Below are positions 37,431 to 48,585 of a DNA stretch of 64,000 bases, piece by piece. The DNA comes from an uncultured Acidimicrobiales bacterium. GTDB taxonomy: Bacteria; Actinomycetota; Acidimicrobiia; Acidimicrobiales; CAWCAL01. A program made the translations under genes and the position numbers. The stretch's first letter is position 1. Each line of letters starts with the position of its first letter. Location: positions 6,614 to 70,613 of the forward strand of contig CAWCAL010000013.1 of the NCBI GenBank assembly GCA_963793475.1, read 5' to 3'. Below the pieces are notes generated by a model. That model made no database searches, had not been told where the DNA came from, and worked only from the letters and a program-made list of their open reading frames with translations.

Positions 37431-37464
37431 GTGGGCCGGCCGAGCCAGGGTCCGGCCGGCCCAC
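37431..37464 (+). terminator. GC-rich hairpin after DAHP synthase (candidate terminator, no T-tract)
   Basis: gtgggccggcc-(12 nt)-ggccggcccac is an 11-bp perfect stem, starting 18 nt after the stop at 37413. Confidence 0.45.
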
Positions 37465-37557
37465 ATGCTGGGATCCGCGCCCCTCTCCATCGTCCGAAGG
37501 CGGCGAAGGATGAGGTCCGTCGGGCCGGCCTGCAATTCCGATAAAGCCGATCAGATT

Positions 37558-37607
37558 GGTCAGGTATCGGCCGGGACCGACTAAAGTCGACCAGGTCAGT
37601 CAGGTAT
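37558..37607 (+). promoter_or_regulatory. Direct repeat GGTCAGGTAT / AGTCAGGTAT, 40 nt apart, upstream of sir-cysH (candidate operator/promoter elements)
   Basis: ggtcaggtat at 37558..37567 and agtcaggtat at 37598..37607. They lie in a locally AT-richer stretch 25-75 nt upstream of the sir ATG (37631). Confidence 0.25.
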
Positions 37608-37630
37608 TGCCGCCCAGGTCGAGGTGCACC

Positions 37631-39384
<1,754 letters not shown>

Positions 39385-39397
<13 letters not shown>

Positions 39398-40083
39398 TCC
39401 CCCCGGTGCTGCCGGACCGGTCGACCCCGGCGTTCACCGACGCCGAGCTCGCCGAGCTGAACGAGAAGTTCGAGCTGGCCGACGCCACCGAGATCGTCGC
39501 ATGGGCGGCCGAGCAGTTCGCTCCCCACCTCTGCCTGACGGCATCGATGTCCGACGCCGTGCTCATCGACCTGGCGGTGAAGGTCGACCCCGCCATCGAG
39601 GTCGTCTTCATCGACACCGGCTACCACTTCCCCGAGACGCTCCAGACGCTCGAGGACGTGCGCCGGCACTACGGGCTCAACCTCAGGATCATGACCGTCG
39701 CACCCCACGACGAGGCGCTGTGGCAGGCCGATCCCGAGAACTGCTGCTCGGCGGTCAAGGTCGGGCAGCTCGATCGGGCGCTCGCCGGCAAGGCCGCCTG
39801 GATGAGCGGGCTGCGGCGGGCCGAGGCCGAGACGTGGGCCGGCGCCCCGATCGTGGTCCGGGATCTCCGCGGTCTGGTCAAGGTCAATCCCCTGGCCACG
39901 TGGAGCGACGACGACGTCGCCACCTACTCGCTGCTGCATCAGGTGCCCCGCAACCCGCTGCTGGATCAGGGCTACCTGTCGATCGGGTGCCAGCCGTGCA
40001 CCCAGCCGGCCGCCGACCCCGACGACCCACGCTCGGGTCGCTGGTCGGGCCGGCCCAAGACCGAGTGCGGCCTGCACGGCTGA
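39385..40083 (+). CDS. cysH: Adenylylsulfate (APS)/PAPS reductase, thioredoxin-dependent, Fe-S type
   Basis: ATG at 39385 overlaps sir by 13 nt. It has the PP-loop-like VVFIDTGYHFPET, a CC pair (ENCCSAVKV), CQPC and the C-terminal ECGLH motif. Confidence 0.9.
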
Positions 40084-40151
40084 CCGAGAGGCAGCGTCAC
40101 AAGCGAGAGCCCGATGGCGAAGCCCAGCCCGGCGGATGATCGCCGGGCCAT

Positions 40152-41117
40152 GTGAGAGTATCCTTCACGGTCGTGAGCGAAACGACCGACCGACCGAGCG
40201 ACCAGGGCGAGCGCTCGGTCGCCCGGGACATGCTGGGCCCGATGGTGGACGACCTCGCCTCGTTGCCCACCCGGGTCCTCGTCCAGGGCATGGCCCACCA
40301 CGACGGCACCATCGTCAGCGCCGAGGTCCTCCCCGTCGCCGATGCGTGTGGGCAGACCCGCGAACAGGTGCGATCGTGCCTGCGGCGCCTGGTCAGCGAG
40401 GGGCTCTACCTTCGCGAGGGTGAAGGTCGCGAATCGGTTTTCCGGGCCACCGACGCCGGGTTGGCGTCGATGGGTACCCAGCTGGATCGCCATCGACTCG
40501 CCTTCGCCCAGGACGCCGCCGGTCGCGGGTGGGACCGCAGCTGGCATCTGGTGGCCTTCGCCATCCCCGAGACGAAACGAGCCGCGCGTGACGGGCTCCG
40601 GGATCATCTCCGGAGCCTCGGCGGAGCGCTGCTCCAGAACGGCATCTACGTGTCGCCGCACGCCTGGGAGCCCGAGGTGCGGTCTGCGGCCGAACGGCTC
40701 GATGTGACCGAGCACCTCACCACCGCGACGACCGACGACCTCCACATGGGCGACGAGCGCGACCCCCGCGAGCTGGCGCGCCAACTGTGGAACATCGACG
40801 AGCTGGCCCAGCGGTACGAACACTTCGTCACCATGTATCAGGACGTGCCCGAGCGACTCGAAGACATGCGAAACCACCGCGAGCGGCTCACCGACGCCGA
40901 CTTCCAACCCGGGGCCCTCTGGATCGGGGTGCAGTTCGGCGAGTGTTTCGCCAACGATCCGCTCCTGCCCCCGGAACTTCTGCCCCGACCGTGGCCGGGA
41001 CGGAAGGCCCGTGACGTCCTGGCCAAGTGTCGCCGGCTCGGCATGCTGATCCGCGAGGAGAACCAGGCGCCGCCCCTGTTCGCCATTTGGGACGACGTCA
41101 TCCGGGCTCTCCCATGA
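40152..41117 (+). CDS. PaaX family transcriptional regulator
   Basis: ORF 40152..41117 has an N-terminal wHTH (REQVRSCLRRLVSEGLY). The middle and C-terminal PaaX-like regions are WHLVAFAIPETKRAARDGLRDHLRSLGGALLQNGIYVSPH and LPPELLPRPWPGRKAR. The start is uncertain. Confidence 0.75.
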   Translation: MRVSFTVVSETTDRPSDQGERSVARDMLGPMVDDLASLPTRVLVQGMAHHDGTIVSAEVLPVADACGQTREQVRSCLRRLVSEGLYLREGEGRESVFRATDAGLASMGTQLDRHRLAFAQDAAGRGWDRSWHLVAFAIPETKRAARDGLRDHLRSLGGALLQNGIYVSPHAWEPEVRSAAERLDVTEHLTTATTDDLHMGDERDPRELARQLWNIDELAQRYEHFVTMYQDVPERLEDMRNHRERLTDADFQPGALWIGVQFGECFANDPLLPPELLPRPWPGRKARDVLAKCRRLGMLIREENQAPPLFAIWDDVIRALP

Positions 41118-42076
41118 CCATCGGCCCGGTCGACCTCTTCGCCCGCGACACGCCACTGCATCGCGTCGACCGTCTCGGCGACGCGCTCGGCTTCGCTCCG
41201 GGCCGGTTGTGGATGAAGCGGGACGACCTCACCGGACTCGCGGGCGGAGGCAACAAGGCCCGCAAGCTCGAATGGCTGGTCGCCGACGCCCGGGCCCGGG
41301 GCTGCGACACCCTGATCACCAGCGGCGCCCTGCAGAGCAACCACGTGCGCATGACCGCCGCTGCGGCCGCTCGCCACGGCCTGGTCTGCCACGGCGTGAT
41401 CTACGGCCCGCCGCCCGAGCGACCGCAGGGCAACCTGGTGCTCGACGACCTCCTGGGCCTCACCGCCCATGTCGTGGTCGACCGGGAGGACGTGCCGGAC
41501 GGAATCGCCGGCGTCACCGACCTGGTGACCGGAGCCGGCGGTGTTCCCTACGTGATCCCCGGCGGTGGCTCGTCCGCGGTCGGGGCCCAGGGCTACGTCG
41601 TCGCGGCCGACGAGATTCGCTCCGAGTTCACCGTGTCGCCGCAGCTGGTGTGTGCGGTGGGCACCGCCGGGACCTACGCGGGGCTGGTGGTCGGCTGCGG
41701 CGACCACGCCGACGTCATGGGGGTCGACGTCCACGCGGTGCCGGGCATCGTCGCCCTGATCCCCGAGCTGGTCGCGGCCACCGCCTCGCTGGCCGGACGA
41801 CCGGTCCCGGTCGAGGACGGCGCCGTCGACCCCGGCCAGCCCGAACCGTACGGCCAGCCGACCCAGCCGACGATGGACGCCCTGCGTCTCGTGGCCACCA
41901 CCGAGGGCATCGTGCTCGACCCCGTGTACACCGGCCGGGCCATGGCCGGACTGATCGGCGCGGCGCAGAGCGGCTCGATCGACCCGGAACGGCCGACCGT
42001 CTTCGTCCACACCGGCGGTCTCCCCGGCCTGTTCGTGGACTCCGTCGTACCGTGGATCGAGTCGCCAGCCCACTGA
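41114..42076 (+). CDS. PLP-dependent D-cysteine desulfhydrase / ACC deaminase family enzyme
   Basis: ATG at 41114 overlaps the upstream stop (ATGA). The sequence is TPLHRVDRLGDALG...LWMKRDDLTGLAGGGNKARKLEWLVADA...LITSGALQSNHVRMTAAAA...VHTGG. Confidence 0.85.
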   Translation: MTIGPVDLFARDTPLHRVDRLGDALGFAPGRLWMKRDDLTGLAGGGNKARKLEWLVADARARGCDTLITSGALQSNHVRMTAAAAARHGLVCHGVIYGPPPERPQGNLVLDDLLGLTAHVVVDREDVPDGIAGVTDLVTGAGGVPYVIPGGGSSAVGAQGYVVAADEIRSEFTVSPQLVCAVGTAGTYAGLVVGCGDHADVMGVDVHAVPGIVALIPELVAATASLAGRPVPVEDGAVDPGQPEPYGQPTQPTMDALRLVATTEGIVLDPVYTGRAMAGLIGAAQSGSIDPERPTVFVHTGGLPGLFVDSVVPWIESPAH

Positions 42077-42083
42077 GTGCGAG

Positions 42084-42130
42084 ATCTGGGGTCGATGGTG
42101 TACCTCTGCGGTCGACTATCGACCCCAGAT
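42084..42130. repeat. Palindromic element, copy 2 (13-bp perfect outer stem, degenerate inner arms)
   Basis: atctggggtcgat-(21 nt)-atcgaccccagat. The core 42087..42127 is 41 nt, the same length as 27048..27088, with the same tggggtcgat...atcgacccca termini. It again lies between convergent gene ends (42076 and 42141). Confidence 0.85.
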
Positions 42131-42140
42131 CACCGAGAGA

Positions 42141-43601
42141 TCACACGAGGTGGTCGACGAAGCCCTCGAGTTGGCGGAGGTTGCGGCACTCGAACACGCC
42201 GTCGCAGTGGACGCCGTACTCCCCCACGATCGAGTCGCCGGTGTTCCAGTAGCTGCGGGGCTCGGGATTCAGCCAGTAGACGTGGCGGGCCCGATGCTCC
42301 ATCTCCTTGATGATCCAGCTCTGCGACGAGTGGTAGTTGTTGCGGGCATCGCCCAGGATCATGACCGTGGTCTTGGGGCCGACGTCCTTGCCGTACTCCT
42401 GCCAGAACACCTCGAAGGCGTGGCCGTAGTCGCTGTGGCCGTCCACCCAGACCACGTCGGCCTCGGTGTTGACCCGATGCACGGCGTCGGCGATGTCCTC
42501 GGTCTGCTCGAAGAACCGGGTGACCTCGTCCAGGCCGTCGATGAACACGAACGCCCGCACCTTGGAGAACTGATTGGAGATGGCGTAGACGAGATGCAAC
42601 GTGAACCGGGCGAACGCAGCCACCGACCCGGAGATGTCGGCGATGACGAAGATCTCGGGCTTGGACGGCTTGGGATAGCGGAACTTGGGTTCGGCCGGGA
42701 CCCCGCCGTACGACAGCGAGTGACGGACCGTGTTGCGGAAGTCCAGCGGCCCCTTCCGACCGTGCCGGCGTTTGCGGGCCAGCCGCACGGCCAGCCGCCG
42801 GGTGAGCGGGTAGATGGCCCGGCGCAGGTTGGCCATCTCCTCGCGCGACGCGTGCATGAAGTCGACGTCCTCGGGCAGGGGTTTCCGCAGCGTCTTGGCC
42901 ATGGCCTCGACCCCGCGATCGGCCACCAGCCGCCGACGGATCTCGGCCTCGATCTCCTTCTTCAGCTCGTCGATGCGGTGCTCGTACTCGTCCTTCTCCA
43001 ACCGCTCCTCGAGCGGTGACAGGTCCTCGGGTGCATCGTCGTGGGCCTGCTGCATGAGCCGGTCCATGACCGAGTCCAGATCGAGTTGCCGCAGCGTGCG
43101 ATAGAGGTAGTAGGTGCCGCCGACGGGCCGGCCCGGCTCCATGCCGGCGAACCGTTTCACCGACTGGCGGGCCACGGCGCGCATCATGCCCTGGTCGCCC
43201 TTCATGAGCGACTGGTACAGCATCTCGGCCAGTTCCTCGGGCGACATCTGGCTGCCACCCGCCCCGTCCTGTCCGGTGCCCGGCAATTCGGGGGTCTCCC
43301 CCTCCTCGAGCTGCTCGAGCAGCTCGTCCAGTTGGTCGGGATCGAGGGCGTATTCCTTGCCACGCAGCGAGAAGTAGACCTCGAACAGGGTTTCGAAGGC
43401 CCGCCAATGGGCGTGGTTCTTGACCAGGGTGGCGGCGAGCGCGTACTTGAACGCGTCCCGATCCTCGATGGGGATGTGCTGCACGGCCTCCATGGCGTCG
43501 AGGTTCTCGGTGAGGCTGACCGGCAACCCGGCCTCGCGCAGCTCCTGGATGAACCCCGACAGCAGCTCCAGCATGGGGAGCGTCGGTTGGGCCGTGGTCA
43601 C
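42141..43601 (-). CDS. VWA domain-containing CoxE-like protein
   Basis: In the frame of ORF 42141..44288. GTG at 43601 overlaps the MoxR stop (GTGA); ATG at 43574 is an alternative. The sequence LSGFIQELREAGLPVSLTENLDAMEAV...IFVIADISGSV...VMILGDARNNY shows a CoxE-type VWA/MIDAS domain. Confidence 0.85.
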   Translation of the reverse strand: MTTAQPTLPMLELLSGFIQELREAGLPVSLTENLDAMEAVQHIPIEDRDAFKYALAATLVKNHAHWRAFETLFEVYFSLRGKEYALDPDQLDELLEQLEEGETPELPGTGQDGAGGSQMSPEELAEMLYQSLMKGDQGMMRAVARQSVKRFAGMEPGRPVGGTYYLYRTLRQLDLDSVMDRLMQQAHDDAPEDLSPLEERLEKDEYEHRIDELKKEIEAEIRRRLVADRGVEAMAKTLRKPLPEDVDFMHASREEMANLRRAIYPLTRRLAVRLARKRRHGRKGPLDFRNTVRHSLSYGGVPAEPKFRYPKPSKPEIFVIADISGSVAAFARFTLHLVYAISNQFSKVRAFVFIDGLDEVTRFFEQTEDIADAVHRVNTEADVVWVDGHSDYGHAFEVFWQEYGKDVGPKTTVMILGDARNNYHSSQSWIIKEMEHRARHVYWLNPEPRSYWNTGDSIVGEYGVHCDGVFECRNLRQLEGFVDHLV

Positions 43602-44494
43602 GAGCCCGAGCCGGCCTCGTCGAAGGGCGAGTTCTGGGTGAACTCCTTCTGGGCCTTGGCGATGTCGGTCTGGTACTTCAGCAGGATGTTGATCGTGTCG
43701 GTGGCTTCCTGTTCGCCGACGGTCTCGACCCCCAGCAGCAGCAGCGTCTTGGCCCAGTCCAGCGTTTCGGACACCGACGGGCTCTTCTTCAGTTCGAGCT
43801 GACGGATCGACCGGACGATCCGGGCGACCTGGTCGGCCAGATTGTCGGAGATCTCCGGCACCTTGGTGAGCACGATCTCCTTCTCGCGTTCGAGGTCCGG
43901 GTAGTCGATGTGGAGGAACAGGCAACGACGCTTGAGCGCCTCGGAGAGCTCGCGGGTGTTGTTCGACGTGAGGAAGACCAGCGGCACCTGCGTGGCTTCG
44001 ACCGTGCCCAACTCGGGGATGGAGACCTGGTAGTCGCTGAGGATCTCCAGCAGGAGCGCCTCGGTCTCGAGCTCGACCCGATCGACCTCGTCGATCAGCA
44101 GCACGACCGGATCCTCGGCCCGGATCGCCTCGAGCAATGGCCGCGTCAGGAGGAACTCGTCGGAGAAGATGTCCTCCTCGAGATCCTGCCAGGTGCCGTC
44201 CTTGTTCCGTTCGGCCTGGATGCGGAGCAGCTGCTTCTTGTAGTTCCACTCGTACAACGCCTTGGACTCGTCCAGGCCTTCGTAGCACTGGAGCCGGATC
44301 AGGCGGCTGTTGGTGACCTCGGCCACCGACTTGGCCAGCTGGGTCTTCCCGGTGCCCGCCGGCCCCTCGACCAGGACCGGCTTCTGCAGCCGGTCGGCCA
44401 GGTACACGATGCCGGCGATCCCCTCGTCAGCGAGGTAGTCGACCTTGCGCAGGCCGTCTCGCACTCCAGGGACGGAATCGAAGCGGAAATCCAT
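43598..44494 (-). CDS. MoxR-like AAA+ ATPase (CoxD-like)
   Basis: ORF 43598..44494 shows VLVEGPAGTGKTQLAKSVA, LLIDEVDR, and C-terminal LKKSPSVSETLDWAK. Confidence 0.9.
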   Translation of the reverse strand: MDFRFDSVPGVRDGLRKVDYLADEGIAGIVYLADRLQKPVLVEGPAGTGKTQLAKSVAEVTNSRLIRLQCYEGLDESKALYEWNYKKQLLRIQAERNKDGTWQDLEEDIFSDEFLLTRPLLEAIRAEDPVVLLIDEVDRVELETEALLLEILSDYQVSIPELGTVEATQVPLVFLTSNNTRELSEALKRRCLFLHIDYPDLEREKEIVLTKVPEISDNLADQVARIVRSIRQLELKKSPSVSETLDWAKTLLLLGVETVGEQEATDTINILLKYQTDIAKAQKEFTQNSPFDEAGSGS

Positions 44495-44527
44495 CGACCA
44501 ACCTTACCGGCGGCCGCGAGCCGCCGA

Positions 44528-46541
44528 TCAATCGCCGGTACCGGGCGCGACCGGGACCAACTGCAGCCCGTCAGGGGACGTGCCCCAGAGCTCCTCGGGC
44601 AACGGCACCACCACCTTGCCCGACTCCGCAGCCATCCCGACCGCGAGCAGCTCGCCGTCACGGAGCAGCCCGAGCCCCTCGACTCCGTCGGGTGCCATGG
44701 CCAGGAGCGTATCCTCCAGCGGACCGGAGACCGGGATCGGTTCTCCGCCGGTGAGCACCACCGCCTGGTTCGGAGCCATGCCGGCGTCGGTGAGCAGACG
44801 CTCGGGGCTCTGATCGAGCCTGGTCGCTGCGGCGAGGTCGCTCATCAACCACTCGTGGTCGACACGCATCGGCCCGCTCTCCAGGCCCGAGTAGAACGTT
44901 TCGCCGTCGCGCTCGCCGACCGCAACGCTGTCGACCTCCCACGGAATCCCCACCCCGACCTGCTCTTCGACCAGTCCGGCGATGTCCACCAGCTCGACCT
45001 GCTCGTCGCTGACCTCACCGTCCACCCCACCGGGCGGCTTCACGAGGAGCGGCGTCGGCAGGATCTCGGCCTCGTTGCCGTCACCGACCGCTCGCTGCGC
45101 GGTTCCCGGGACGAACGAGACGCCGTGATCGGCGGCGATCACCACCATGGCCTCGTCGTAGATCCCGATCTCCTGGAGTCGGCCGAGGAACGAGCCGACC
45201 AGCGCGTCGGTGTACGCCGTCTGGTCCAGATGGAGGCGACGACCCACCGAGACGGCGAACGGCTCGTCGAGGACGGCGACCGGCGGCGTAACCGATGTAG
45301 GAGGCGTCGACCTCCTCCCGTTGTGTGCCGTCCGCCCGGAACAGCCAAGGCTGGTGCGGAAGGACGAGATGGAAGATGTAGGCGGGCGGTCGACCGGCCT
45401 CGCCGGGTTCCATCGACTCGAGGAACTCGGCGAAGCGCCCGGGCTGAGCCGACGAGGCCAGACCGAAGAACTTCGCGATCGGGTCGAGCACGTCGACCGC
45501 CCCCTGGGCCTGGAAGGTCGGGAATCCGCCATCGGTGTCGGCGAAGCGGTCGAGGCCGATGGGCTGGGGATCGCTCCACGGCCAGGCCCGCTGGAGGACC
45601 ACGTCCCTGGCGTCGCCGAGCAGACGTCGCCAGGCCGGTTCCGTCGCTGCTGCGTCGCCACTGTCCGCGTCGTCCGAGACGCGACAGATGGTGGGCGGGC
45701 AGAGCTGGGTGATGGCCTCGCTGGCATGGACCGAGTGGGTCGACGCCAGCAGCCGGAAGAGGTTCTCCGGATGGTCGAACCAGAGCGCGTCCTGGCCGGT
45801 CGATTCGACATAGCGGCCGGTGAACAGTGCCGGTATCGCCTGCGTCGTGTGGTCCGCCACGGTCGTGTGGCCTCGGTACCAGGTCGCTTCCTCGGCGAAC
45901 GACGCGAGGTTGGGCACGATCGACTCGTCGAGCGTCAGCCCGTCGTTCACGATCGATCGCGACGGGAGCTCGTCGAGGACGAGGATCGCCAACGGGGCCA
46001 CGTCATCGGCGACCGACGCCGGGGGGATCGGATCGGACGCCTCGGCGGCGCCATCGATGGCTCGGGCTGGCGCAGACGTCAGGAGGAACAGCCCGGCGAA
46101 GACCAGGCCGGCGGGAGCGATCAGCATCGCCCACTCGCGGACTGCGGGGACACGGGAAAGCGCGAACCAGGCGACCAGGCCGGCGAGACCGCCCGCGGCC
46201 GCCAGGAGGAATGACCGCTCGACCCCGAGGACGCGGGCCACCTGGACACCCAGCGACGCCGCGAGGAGGCTCGCTCCGGCCAGATACACGAGTGAGCCGG
46301 CGCGTCGATGCACCCGCCCGACGAGCGACCCGGTGATCCAGATGAGTCCCGGGACGACCACGACGCCGACGATGGCGAGGATCCAGAGATCCGCCGTGTC
46401 CGCTCCGTAGAAGACGAAGAGCTCGGGGGCGGCGCCGAACACGTTGAACAGCGGCTGGGCGATGGCGAGCGCGCCCAGGCCGAGCAGGATCAGGAGCCAC
46501 TGGATCGGGGTGGAACTCCTCGCCGGTGCGTGTCGTCTCAC
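44528..46541 (-). CDS. Membrane-bound sulfatase/LTA-synthase-like (alkaline phosphatase superfamily) enzyme, paralogue A; one frame break as assembled
   Basis: GTG at 46541. N-terminal TM helices (IQWLLILLGLGALAIAQPLF...) are followed by a catalytic-type domain (LAILVLDELPSRSIV...VVIAADHGVSF) and a ~150-aa tail ending PEELWGTSPDGL. It is built from ORFs 45081..46682 and 44528..45811. The frame changes near 45275-45285. Confidence 0.7.
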
Positions 46542-46551
46542 GATGGGCGGG

Positions 46552-48585
46552 TCACCGACCCGGTGCGGGCTCGACCGCGACCATCCGGAGCCCGTCGGGG
46601 GAGGTGCCCCAGAGCTCCTCGGGCAACGGCACCACCACCTTGCCCGACCGGGCCGCCATGCCGACCGCCAGCAGCTCGTCACCCCGGAGCAGGCCCAGCG
46701 CGGCCACGCCGTCCGGAGCCGTCGCCAGGACGTTGTCGTCGAGTGGCACCTCGACCGGGATCGGGTCGGACCCGGGTACCACCACGGCCTGTTCGGGGCT
46801 CAGACCAGCGTCGACCAGGATGGTGTCGGGGCGCTCGTCGACCCTTGCCGCAGCGTCGAGATCGGCCATCAGCTGCTCGTGGTCGATGCTGGCCATCCCC
46901 CGGTCCTCGTCGAGGTAGCGGGTGGCGCCGGTCCGCTCGCCGATGGGGACACCGTCGGTCTCCCAGGGAACGCCCACCCCGATGCTCTCGGCCACCAACG
47001 GGAGGATGTCCACGAGCTCGACCTGGGCGTCACTGATCTCGGCTTCGTTCTGGCCCGGCAACTTGACGAGCAGCGGCGTCGGCAGGATCTCGGTGTCGTT
47101 GCCGTCGTCGATGGAGCGCTGGGGGGTCTCGGGCATGAACGAGATGCCATGATCGGCCACGATGACGATGGTGGCGCCCTCGTAGATGCCCAGTTCGTCG
47201 AGGCGGGCCAGGAACGAGCCGACCAGCCCGTCGGCGTACCGGGTCTGCTGGAGGTGATGGGACCGTCCCACCGAGAGGGCGAACGGCTCGTCCAGGACCC
47301 GGCCGTTCTCGTATCCCAGATAGCTGGCGTCGACCTCGGCCCGGCGCTGGGTGCCGTCACCCCTGAAGAGCCAGGGCTGGTGGGGAAAAACCAGATGGAA
47401 GATGCTCGCCGGAGGACGGTCGGCGCCACCCGGCTGCATCGGGCCAGGAAGTCGCTGAACCGACCGGGCTGTGCCGCGCCGACGAAGCCGAAGAACCGCG
47501 CCACCGGATCGAGCATCTCGACCGCACCCTGGGCCTCGAACGTCGGGACTCCGCCGTCGAGATCAGCGAAGCGGTCGAGGCCGATGGTCTCGGGTTCGGT
47601 CCAGGGCCAGACCCGCTGGGACACCACCTCGCGGGCGTCGGTCCACAGCCGACGCCAGGCCGGCGGCGACGCGTCCTCGACCGGGGCGCGGTCGGCTTCG
47701 GTCCGGTCGGTGGCATCCGGTGAGAGGCTGCACAGATCGGGCGGGCACACCTGGGTGAGGGCCTCGCTCACGTGGAGGTCGTGGGTGGAGTCCAGCAGGC
47801 GGAAGATGTTGTCAGGGTGGTCGAACCAGAGCGCCTGCTGGTCGGCGGTCTCGGTATAGCGCCCACTGAACAGCGCCGGGACGGCCTGGGTCGTCTGTTC
47901 GGCGACGGTCGTGTGGCGGCGGTACCAGGTGGCGTTGTCGGCGAAGGCGGCCAGGTTGGGCATCACCGCCGCGTCGATCTCCATCTCCTCGGTGACGATC
48001 GAGCGGGTCGGTAGCTCGTCGAGGATCAGGATGGCGAGAGGAGCGAGGTCGTCGGCGACCGAGGCCGGTTCGATCGGCTCGGTCGACTCGGACGCCCCGG
48101 CGATGGCCCGAGCCGGCGAGGAGGTGAACAGGAACAGCCCGGCGAAGATCAGGCCGGCCGGGGCGAGCACCATCGCCCACTCCCGGCCGGTCGAGCGGGG
48201 AGAGACCGAATGCCGCCAGCCCACCGGCACCCAGGCCGGCCAGGGCGAGCAGGAGCGACCGTTCGACGCCCAGGGTTCGGGCGACCTGCACGCCGAGTGC
48301 CGCGGCCAGGATCGTGGCGCCCGCCAAGTGGACGAGCGCCCCGGCCCGGGTGTCGAGCCGGCCGACCAGCCAGCCGAGGCCCCAGATCGCGATGGGCACC
48401 AGAAACACCGCCAGGGCCGCCAGGATCCAGAGATCGGCGGTGTCGGCGCCGTAGAAGACGAACAGCTCGGGAGCGTCGCCGAACACGGTGAACAGGGGCT
48501 GGGCGATGGCCAGCGCCCCGAAACCGAGCAGGATGAAGAGCCACTGGATCGACGTGGGGCCCGTTGTCGACGCCGCTTCGGTCAA
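46552..48585 (-). CDS. Membrane-bound sulfatase/LTA-synthase-like enzyme, paralogue B; two frame breaks as assembled
   Basis: Collinear with paralogue A across ORFs 47812..48585, 46869..48230 and 46552..47439. Frame changes lie at the G-run 48197-48200 and near 47438-47446. The candidate TTG start at 48585 overlaps the proA stop (TTGA). Confidence 0.7.
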
